Below, piece after piece: positions 53,901 to 64,000 of a stretch of DNA of 64,000 bases; position 1 is the first letter of the stretch, and each line of letters opens with the position of its first letter. Source of the stretch: Yuukianura sp. NJ FZ-2021. Lineage: Eukaryota. The position numbers and the translations under genes are program-made. The notes below the pieces were generated by a model. The model was given only the letters and a program-made list of their open reading frames with translations, was not told where the DNA came from and searched no databases. The stretch is from the NCBI GenBank assembly GCA_046563655.1, contig CM102284.1, forward strand, positions 8,618,001 through 8,682,000. The letters are read 5' to 3'.

Positions 53901-54403
53901 GCAGTTGTCGCATGTAGTGACTCGCCACGGCTTCACTGTACGCATACCCAGCACCCACGCGAGACACAATTTCCAAACACAGGTCCATTCCCTCCATGCT
54001 GCCAACAAAAGACGTTAGAAGTTGTAAACATTGACATCATTGAGAGTAGTGGTTGACTTACAATTCAAAGACCATGTAGAGCAGGCCATCCGAGGAATAA
54101 GTCTCCAGGAGTTCGACGACATGCGGATGTTTGAGCAGATGACACGTCGTGGCCTCCCTCCGAAGATCATCCGCACAATATCCAGGACTGGCTGTGAATC
54201 GACCCACATCCACAATCTTCACAGCAAATTGAGCTCCAGTCTGGCGATTGATGCAGCGACGAACAACACTGTACGGACCCCTGCAAATTCACAAAAGACA
54301 TTCAACGGAAAGTCAAACTCTCAAGAAATGCCACTCACTTTCCAATGACTTCACAAAGGGCGTAAACGTCGTCGAAAATAACCTCCTCGTCACCCATCTT
54401 CAT
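47927..54403 (-). CDS. CASK: CASK/LIN-2 MAGUK (CaMK-like, two L27, PDZ, SH3, GUK)
   Basis: [108 protein letters not shown]. Confidence 0.97.
50389..50795. mobile_element. hAT-type MITE in a CASK intron
   Basis: TIRs CATGGTATCCTT / AAGGATACCCTG; 8-bp TSD CAAAGGCC (50381-50388) vs CAAAGGTC (50796-50803); subterminal TTTAAAACG repeats. Confidence 0.78.
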
Positions 54404-55940
54404 TCCGCCTCCAATTCAGAATTGACGTTTCTGGACAAAGTGGTCACTCGGGTGTAGTCCAAACTCTAGAATTTCCCAGTAGTATCCATTTTCATTCCCA
54501 ATCCAAAGTGAATTTTATAGTGCCAATTGTCAAATAAGATCCTGTTTTGGTTTTTAAATGCCACTTACGAGTTACGACTGCACTGCTGCGATGAATGTCT
54601 CAATTGAAAGGGGAAACATTGGGGTAAGACAATCTTAAGATTCTCCAGCGGACATGCGGATAATTTCCAACAAATCACTCCAAGTTGACACTGACAGGAT
54701 CCAGACCACGTCACATAACTCCACTCAAGTAAGTATTTAGCATATGATGTGTTCAATGTTCAATGTGAGCATTCAGCGCCTGCTACAACCAAAATGAAAC
54801 CATTAACACCGTGACTGTCATGTGGGTAAGGATGTGAGTGAAGCTGACCTTGACTTTGGTTTGTCATGGTGACCTTGTTCCCCTTGTGGGTGGCACTAGC
54901 ACAAAACACTTGTACTTTGTATTCGATACAGACCATAGTGCGGGTGCGGCGGATTCTGCTCTTCCAGTCCCATATATTCCCTCACTCGACCGAATTCGGT
55001 TTTCTACTCCCGAAAAAAATACAACCGAACTGGTCCGACGACAAGCAACAGGGTAACAGCCTTCCGAGGGCTTAATGGCTTACTCTCATCGAAGTTGCCG
55101 ACTTCTGCACGCCTTCACCAGCTGAGCTCACCGCTCACCTTCACGTTCAGTAAAACCTTTTAAAACCTTTAAAAACGTTACAACATAAACACTAAATTGT
55201 TTAGTTTAATCCCACATTCCTATAATTATCTCTAATGTTACCGCAAAGCACTACAGTTTGCAGCCAAGATACAAGAGGAAGGATTCATTTTTTTCTTTTC
55301 AATTTTAGGATTAGTAGTATCACAAACAATTAAATCCAAGATTATTTATTCAGTAATTAATTTAAATGTGCTTAAATTTTCTAAAAATTCAACTGTAATC
55401 TATCTAGGTTTTCTTTTGAGCGTGTTTGAACTGCCAAAAATTCAACCGTAATCTGAATTAGTCATTGTAATGAAAAATTTTTAGTAATTTGTATTGTAAA
55501 TTTTATTCATTTAGCAACAATTCTCCAGCGATGCACAATAGGAAAGTTGGAAAATACTAGCACCACCAGAAAAAGTTGGTTTCTCTTTACTAAAAATGCG
55601 CTTCTTAAATACGCCCTCGTCTGTCTCCTATCATATGCAGTGCATTCAATTATGGCAAGAATAATTAATAATCGAATTAACATAGTGAGCGCAACTCATG
55701 TTTTAATTAATCCCAAACGAATGACTTTTTTTTAATGCTAAGGATCTGTTGGATGTGAGCGGTCAGCCCAGCTGACAAATGGCTGCAGGTATCGGCAATT
55801 TTCCTGGACTCGATGGAACCATTGTGCTACAGTACGTTTACGCTTCTACTAACGAATGTGGGAGGGAATTAATGAAGAGATTAAGGTAATTAAAACTATA
55901 AAAATATACAGAGTCGCTTCTAAATCCACACTTTTACTTA

Positions 55941-57165
55941 TCAATCATCATCGTCCAGTATGGAGGCAAAGGAAGACTCTTTTCGTAGTGTACGCTCTTT
56001 CTCCTCCGCTGAAATCCATTGACGCAGAGCAGTGTACATTTCAGGGGTGAGGTCAACTCGGTTTTTGATTTCCTTGAACAACTCTGCAGCCTCTCCAGTC
56101 ACACGGACCAAATCCTCCTTCTCCTTCGTCAACTGCTCCACCAGGACACAGGACGACAGGAATTTAGACCTCCACACTTGAACTTCGTTGGACAGACTCT
56201 CCACAGTGTCATGCAGTTTGGAACTTCTGACAGATTGGACATCCACTGGCTCCACTCTGGATCCTGAAAGGGTGTCAACCAACAAACGCTTCAGCCTCCC
56301 ATTTTCTGTCTCCAGTTCTTGAATGTCCTTTTCCGCAAGACGGAGCCTCTCTTTGAGCAACGCTGTATTGCTAGATTCGGCTGGACGAAAAGAGTCGCCG
56401 GACTTTTTAGGACTTGCGACACTGGGGATGGAAAAGTCGTCTGAAACTGCTACAATAGAAGAGGAAGCAGAAGAATCACGTCGCTCGTCGGACGAAAGGG
56501 AGGGGCCCATTGGACGCACAGCTCCGGCGTACGGCTCGTACGGTACAAACTTTGGTTCTCTGGAACAAGACAACAAAAGCATTGAACATTAGATCAGAAA
56601 ATGAGTAAAAAGTGTTGAAATGTTGTTTCGCTTGCCTCTGCCTTCTACTCGTAGCGTTGGAAGTGAGGGAGGGAAGAGTTTCCGGTGGTAGGTGTGGCTG
56701 ATATCGGGAACTGCTGTCCCCAATTCGAATTGGTTTCAACAGAATCAAGTCCTTGGCTGGTGGGAGTGTCCTGGGAGACGTTCGATTCTTTCTCGGAGAC
56801 AATTCAACTACACTGCTAAGTGGTGCACTGCCATTCAACCTCCTTCGTTCCTTCTTTCCTTCTGTGCTAACTGAATTTGAATCCCAAACAAATACGATTA
56901 ACTCTTTGGTGTAGGAAAAGTGTCGTGTTGGCTCCGGCTTACGTGTTTGAGGTTGCAGAGTAAGAGTGGTGCTGGTTGGAAGTTCGGTTGGTCGCTCTGT
57001 CTCCATTCCGTCTCCATCCGTTCTAATTTCACCTGCCAACACAAAGGACAAAGTAAGTGAAGTGGACTTGAGAGGAATTGACTACTGACCAATGTCACCG
57101 TCTGCAGAAGAGTCGCTTTCCAGAACATTTCCCATTCCAACTCCAGTTGTTTGAGGTGAGATCAT
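55941..57165 (-). CDS. BLZF1: Golgin-45/BLZF1-like coiled-coil protein (start uncertain)
   Basis: RTDGDGME (tankyrase-binding-type motif), EPKFVPYEPYAGAV, RLKRLLV, VWRSKFLSSCVLVEQL. Confidence 0.72.
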
Positions 57166-57474
57166 TGGCACTAACTCCCCAATTACATCAACACTTTCCT
57201 TACAAAGCAACAAACTCGACTAATTAGAAAAACAATATGGATTAAATTAAATTAATTAATTGAAAAAAGAGAAGTTGTGACTTTTGATCAGCTGTCCACT
57301 GGGATTCCACACTTGCGCACCAGTATTCCACTGGATGTACAATGAGTGATCCTCTCACACTCCAATCCTCCCACTATAGCTGGGCACAACCAAAATACAC
57401 TTTCGTAATAGGAAAAACTAATTCCAAAAAGAAACTAAGACATTGTTGGTTGCTTTGTGTTTAGTGTTAATTTA

Positions 57475-59209
57475 TGGGGGGAGATTTGCTGATAAACAAC
57501 AGGATTTTTTCGGCAACAGGAATACCAAAAAACGGGCAATTCCTGTTGCAGAAAATCCTGTTGCGTCAAATCGCGACAGGCAATTTCTGTTGCGAAAAAT
57601 CCTGGAAGCTAATTCCTGTCGCGAAAAATGCTGACAGTGAATTTCTGTTGCGAAAAATCCTGACAGCCATTTTCTGTTGCGAAAAATCCTGACAGTTATT
57701 TTCTGTTGCGAAAAATCCTGGTAGCTAATTTCTGTCGCGAAAAATCCTGGGAGCTAATTTCTGTCGCGAAAAATGCTGACGTCTAATTCCTGTCGCGAAA
57801 AATGCCGACAGTTAATTCCATGTAGAAAATCCTGGTCCTCACTTTCTGTTGCAAAAAAAATTTGAGATGTGTTTTTGACACCAGGAATCGAGATGTGTTT
57901 TTACATCCAGGAATATTGCTCCGCTTTACCAAGAGATGGCGTGAGCTGCACCAAATTGAATTCTACTTGCTTTAGTTACTTCTATTACACTCGTTCACAC
58001 TCAAAAACGTTGTTCTATTACACTTGGCCCCGCTCAAAAACGTTTTTCACATTTTAATTAATAAAATTAGTAAATTCTCCTTCTTTTTACTTTGTATGTA
58101 AGTGTACAAAGTACAAGACTTGACTTAGGTTATGTGTTGGTTGAGTGGCGCCACTCTATAAATGTTTTGGAGTGTTAAATAACAGTAGTTGTGTACTTTT
58201 ATGATTTTATTGTTCCCGGATCATAAATATTGGCGATTAAGAGAACTGAAGTTACTGTACGAGTTCAATATGGCAGATGGGAATACCAGAGCTACAGCGA
58301 CACAAATACTAACGCAGCTGGCTGATTTACTTGATTGAGGTATGATTATCGTACCCAAAATTATGATTAAGGGGATTGAACGGGTCTGGGGCGCATCCCC
58401 AGCAAGCATGCGCAGCATGCTTGTTTGGAACTAAAATTGCATAAAACGTTTTTCTATTACTTGGCCCCGCTCAAAAACGTTTTTCTATTACTTGGCCCCG
58501 CTCAAAAACGTTTTTCTCCAACACTTGACCTCTTGTACTTTGTACACTTACATACAAAGTAAAAAGAAAGAGAATTTACTAATTTTATTAATTAAAATGT
58601 TAAACGTTGATGAGGAGGGTAGCGCTACCCGTTTCGTAATATTGGAAGCTTGTGCGCATGCGTAGCATTACACTACTGCTTGAGTGAGATCGAGATGAGA
58701 ATTAGAAGGATAGAGCAAGTAGAATTCAATTTGGTGCAGTGCACGCCATCTCTTGGCAAAGCGGAGCAATATTCCTGGATGCAAAAACACATCTCGATTC
58801 CTGGTGTCAAAAACACATCTCAATTTTTTTTGCAACAGAAAGTGAGGACCAGGATTTTCTACATGGAATTAACTGTCGGCATTTTTCGCGACAGGAATTA
58901 GACGTCAGCATTTTTCGCGACAGAAATTAGCTCCCAGGATTTTTCGCGACAGAAATTAGCTACCAGGATTTTTCGCAACAGAAAATAACTGTCAGGATTT
59001 TTCGCAACAGAAAATGGCTGTCAGGATTTTTCGCAACAGAAATTCACTGTCAGCATTTTTCGCGACAGGAATTAGCTACCAGGATTTTTCGCAACAGAAA
59101 TTGCCTGTCACGATTTGACGCAACAGGATTTTCTGCAACAGGAATTGCCCGTTTTTTGGTATTCCTGTTGCCGAAAAAATCCTGTTGTTTATCAGCAAAT
59201 CTCCCCCCA
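57475..59209. mobile_element. Foldback-like element with ~500-bp near-perfect TIRs made of 21-22-bp subrepeats, flanked by TA
   Basis: TA|TGGGGGGAGATTTGCTG ... CAGCAAATCTCCCCCCA|TA; arms ~57475-57970 and ~58715-59209; second internal inverted pair ~58048-58118 / 58531-58600. Confidence 0.88.
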
Positions 59210-59452
59210 TAGTTGTGTGAGTAGCTGTTAGAGGGGTTTCAAAATAGAATAGAATGACGCATCCCCTTTTGACTTCAATTGTTTTTCTTTTTTTTTCCAG
59301 AGTCCACTGTTTATTAGTGAATTGGTGACAACTTCCGGTGAACATTGCACATCATTGTTTGTGGAAATGAGTGGGTGAGATTAAGAGTGAGTTTAAACAC
59401 TGGTCAACTGAGCAGAAAAGTAAGACTGGACTTTTGTGAAGGTAAAGCATAG

Positions 59453-60997
59453 ATGGAGAGTGCGGAGAGTGGATCGACCGAGGTCACTGGACAGCTAAAG
59501 CTGAGGTCAAGAGGACAGGGGTGGTCCACGAGTAGTTTTAGAGCCCACATCCTCACTTTGCTCCAGGAACGAGACAACCGGGAGAGTAGAGGGTTTAGCG
59601 AACTGTTCCACAACCGTGAGTTCATTTGAACATCATGAGTAGATTGTGTTCATGATTTGTAATTGTTCCTATTCGTGTTTCAGATGAGAGATTATTCGAG
59701 CAGTGGTCGACGTTACGAAGTGAGAATCTTCGTCTGAGCTTAGCAGTGGAACGAGGACACAGCGACAAAGGAGGAGGGGGTTGTTCGGAGGAACGTGAAA
59801 AGGTTCGTATGTCGTTTCCATTCAGAAATGTATTGCATAATTCCGAAAACTCAGAGTCTTGGAAATTAAGAAAAATTGTTTGATTTTTGATTTGCAGCAG
59901 TTGGAACAGAAAATATTGAAATTACAAGAGGAAGTAACAGAGCTGCATCGTGGGCGTGGTGAAAATGCATCTCAAGTACTTGCTCTGTCTGCCAAACTAA
60001 CGGAACGAGAAGCTGAGTTGGATCTCAATCGAACTGCTGCTGCTACTGCAGTTGCGAAGAATGCAGATTTGGAGGATCAGGTCAAGTTCCTCCAGTCCTG
60101 TCTGCAGGAGTGAGTCCACATTCACTATTTCCGTTTTTTATATTTGTTGTGCTTCTGATGCACTTTTTGTATTTGAATTGCAGGCGTGAAGCTACAAACG
60201 ATGTTCTACGAGACGAGCACCAAGCATTGCATTTGGCCTACACTAGTTTAGAAGAGAAGCATCGATGGCTCACACGGGAGAATCAGGAACTGCTCCAGCG
60301 ATACATCGAGGTCAAAGCGAAGCATGCGGATATTATGAACCAGGAAAACGAAAACTTTGTCAAGTAATAGAGTCAATCTGTTTAATTGAATTTTGTAAAA
60401 GTTTGATCTGTTTGTGTGTTGTTAGGCAGAAGCAGGCCCAAGTGCGGAAGGAACTGGAGGAAGCAGCAGCAGAAATGAAGATGGTTGCGATGCCTGGAGG
60501 GAATTCTCCACCCAAGAACTTTGTGTCTCCCTGCGACATCAATCTCCTGTCTTCCCTCGGCATGCCTTGCACCATTCCCTCCACTCCCTCCAAACCATTT
60601 GTAAGATTATGACATGAGAGTAATTAGTTGAGTATTGATTGGTTGATTGTGCACTTAGGAAGCACACGAGAGTGAAGTGACAGCTGTCAGATGGAATCCC
60701 AATGGGAAGCACTTTGCCACAGGTAGGTTGTCTCTCCTGTCCAGATCAACATTCATCTCAACACTCTTGAGACAATGACCAATTAATCAATCCTTGTCTC
60801 TCTTTTTAGCTGGGCAAGACAGGAAAGTGAAAATCTGGGAACCAGGTAAAACAGACACTCCGGAACTGAGAGCCACCCTCACTGGATCCGGCGGAAGCAT
60901 TTTGTGTCTGGACTTTGACTCCAGTGGATCCTACCTCCTCGCAGCATCACACGACTTTGCTTGTCGCATTTGGACGCTGGACGACGGAAGACTGAGG
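59453..60997 (+). CDS. ATG16L1: Autophagy-related protein 16, 5' portion (coiled coil plus first WD40 repeats); remainder not in window
   Basis: LEQKILKLQEEVTELHRGRGENASQV, LRDEHQALHLAY, ENQELLQRY, KELEEAA, AHESEVTAVRW, LAASHDFACRIWT; last visible exon ends at a GTGAGT donor. Confidence 0.92.
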
Positions 60998-61250
60998 GTG
61001 AGTACTTTACTTTTTAAAATAGAGGGATGTTAAGTAAGTGGCGTGGAAGGTGTGAATGAGAGTACTGTTGGTATGTGTTTACTTCCTTCTGCGTCATCCC
61101 TTCACCCCCTCTCACAGAGAATCCCACCTTAAAACTAAACCCACTTAAGATCTTTAGTTAATTCCTAATTAGAATAAGTTAGCACTGGAGTTGAGTCAGT
61201 CAGTCGAGTGTAGTTGGAGTGGAATGCAACAGCCACTCCACTGTGGTCCT

Positions 61251-64000
61251 TCAGAATCGCTTCACAAACATTGTGTGGGGAGGGGGGCGGGGGAGGAGTT
61301 TCTTCGAAGGGTCCCCTCTTCTGCGCAGGAACAAAAGTCCCCCAATCACAAGTAGAGCAATTTGGAGGCCGAGTACAAGGGCCCCTGCACCCAGCACTGT
61401 GGACAGCGACAGGCATGAACGACTCTGTTCCATCCTTCGTTCAGGTTCGTCTGGAGTCGGAAGTGAAGGGAGTTCCTCCTCCCTTGTCGTGGCCCCTCGG
61501 CGCTCTTCGGCTGCTTCGTCTCCACTCAACTTCCGATCTCTCTTCTTGTCTCCTCGGAATCGATCCGAAATGTGGATTGAGCGCACGAGGAGCATTTCCT
61601 CTTGAGGCACCGAACTCCTCCGAAGGCGCCGAGTCGAAGGGCCCCCAATCTCTTCCAGGTCGTTGGAGTGGACGGGGGAGGAGGAGTTGAGGGCTCGTCT
61701 TCTGCGTCCCATGCTCGGCACTTCCTGGAAGAGACCGTGTGCATCTTGAACTGGGCAGATGACTGCTTGGCACTTGTGGAGACACGGAGTGACCAAAGCT
61801 CTGAACTGAACCACTTCCGAAGTGGGGAACTTGAAGGCGTCGAAGTGGGACAGGAGGGCCTTCTGGTCATCGGGAGCTCGGGACAGGGGGCCCATGATTC
61901 TCTGGTCAGTGGGACACCCCTCCCCGTCCAGCAGCATAATTTCTGATCCATCCACGCCATCCATTGCCACCAACTCTCGGACGAAGATGTCGTAGGGACT
62001 GTTGGGGTCCATGATTTCGAAACGCAGGGCCAGCGGATCTCCCACCTAAACAGAGAGAGAGAGAGAAAGCTACATTTCACACCTAAATTATCAATTTGCT
62101 TTTTTTGGAGGGACTTTTTAAATATTTAGAATTTGGATAAATTATAACGGCGGGTCTAGTGATCTCACTTTCACTTTTTAAACTTACGGGATTGACAGAA
62201 TTTGTGAACATGATTTGTAGGGCTTACTTGTGCTGCTCCTGTGGCCTCCCCTCGTCTGTCAGTCACCCGCATGGCGACATTGGGTGAGTCCACAATGCTC
62301 TCCTGTGCCATTGAATGTTTGAGATCCCCCACCACACCCAGATCCACTTCATTGGACACGGACTTGTTCGTGAGGTCGTACTGACAGGCGACAGACAGAC
62401 CCATGTCAGACGCTGTCACGATTTGGTCATGGTGCTGCAGAATGACCTGTACAAATTGTCAACTGATGAGGACAGGAAGTGGGCTTTGAAAGGCCTTCAA
62501 TCACTTTAATTGGTGTGCATTGACTACTTGTAGGAGTGATTGATTGACACTTACTTCCGTAGAGTACCTTCCCATGGACTCCCTCTGGACGCCGCATTCA
62601 ATGTCAGTGTAGGGCAGACGCAGGACGAATTCAAGTCCATTCGTCACGTCCACTGCGCAACTGTTGGGGGCTCCCTTGGCGTACAGTTTCCCCTGGAAGA
62701 TCTTTGAAGTTCTGACGGTGGCCAGCATGTCGCCTGCTCGGCAGTCCACACTCACGTTGTAGCAAGCACCTAATTCCTTTGTCACTCCGCCCAACACTGC
62801 CAGGAAAGGATCTCGGATGTGTGTGAGAGTAAGGGAAGAGTGGTGACTGAGACGACACACTTGAGCCCCTGTCGCGTTGTAGTCAAACGACTGACACCGA
62901 AACGATGTCCCCAAACACAAGTTCCTAAAGGGAAAGGCTCAATTTAGTCCATGTTTCAGCATCATTCCAGAAAGCATTTTCTATTTCATGGTTTTAGGCA
63001 CAATTTGGAAGTACTTGACTCTTTCCATGAGAGCCCTTCAGTTTGAGAGACGGTGGCAAGGTTTCTTGACTTTTGTTTTCTTTAACAGGTTGGGTAATAC
63101 CTCATGCTTTTTTTCTATTTTGCAAAAAAAGAAGTATCTTTTCATTTCAGGGCATCGTAGTCATAACAATATAAATAATTGATTTAAATTTTGCATACGA
63201 ATTGATGCCAATTTGTCGGATTATTGGTATTAAATTGGTACTAATTTTTAGTTATTTTTGTTTTTTCTCAACAAGTGAGGTAGCACCTAACCTATTAAAG
63301 AAAATTAACTAGTTGTCAAGGAGCCTTGGACGGTGGAATGTTGTTCTTGTTGGAAGAAAGTGAGTGGGGAGTGGAGTAGTGTGAAGAGTGGGACTTTAAT
63401 TGCCTCATTAATTTGGATTTGTGAATATTTGATGGAGATCGTGAGTGTGGACTTGTGTGGAATTGAAGTATTGGAGGGTGGGACTTACTTGCAGTCGTTC
63501 TCTGACTCCACTTCCTGGTAAACGGCGTCCACCGTCTTGAGTATTTTTCCGTGGAGAGGCTTAAAGTCGCAGAGTTTGTTGGGGTCATTGATGCAGTTGG
63601 ACTCCATGTAGTCAGTTCCATTGGAGGGCTCAATGGAGTGGAGACTGCCGATGGAGAGGCGATCCATGTCGGACAGGAGGCAGTCGCCACTGCTCTTGCT
63701 GAACATGGCAGATCTACAACAAAAACCACTTGAGTTTCAAGGAATTCGGGAGAGGGGAGATGTGGCTGTGGGGTGGATCTGCGCAATTTCCAATTCCGCA
63801 TTTTGCCTCTCTCAATTTGTGAACACGTAGGAATCTCTGCGCAAATTGTGAGGATTTGGAGTTCACATTATCAAACCGGATTCCTCTCACCATTTTCCTT
63901 TTTTTGTGGATGTGAACTGTACTTTGCGGAAGCGGTGGTTGGTGAGATCTCATTTGTTGGAATGCCAGTAAAAAGAGAGGTCACTTTGTGGGTCAATGTC
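61251..64000 (-). CDS. PAN/Apple plus ZP-domain transmembrane apical matrix protein (trynity-like); 5' end outside window
   Basis: PAN motifs (CLLSDMDR, FRCQSFDY...CRLSHH), ZP domain (CYNVSVDCRAGDM...FDAFKFPTSEVVQFRALVTPC), furin site RRRR, C-terminal TM helix. Confidence 0.88.

Noticed and set aside
57520-57860. CRISPR-like short repeats
   Set aside because: Contiguous degenerate 21-22-bp units with no unique spacers, inside transposon TIRs of a eukaryote; no cas genes.

Overview
Compact eukaryotic, arthropod-like genomic window with mostly 55-100 nt introns; no rRNA, tRNA or CRISPR was seen. Genes in order: COG3 (+), a disabled phosducin-like 3 pseudogene (-), Zic/odd-paired (+), DRC9/IQCG (-), RpL35A (+), BCS1L (-), metaxin-2 (+), TTC14 (-), cyclin B3 (+), a secreted DM4/DM12-like protein (-), TAF9 (-), POLA1 (+), SMKR1-like (+), CASK (-), golgin-45/BLZF1-like (-), the 5' part of ATG16L (+), and an antisense PAN/ZP (trynity-like) gene apparently inside an ATG16 intron. 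Non-coding DNA holds a nested transposon stack (a MITE/tandem array interrupted by a Harbinger-type element, itself interrupted by a Transib-type element), two large foldback elements with shared ends, and a hAT-type MITE. The most striking observation is a palindromic promoter plus first-exon module present at two unrelated bidirectional promoters (BCS1L/MTX2 and TAF9/POLA1). Its exon is coding in MTX2 and non-coding in TAF9, and its core is flipped relative to that exon. All gene models are manual splice reconstructions without tools, and family assignments are from remembered motifs.
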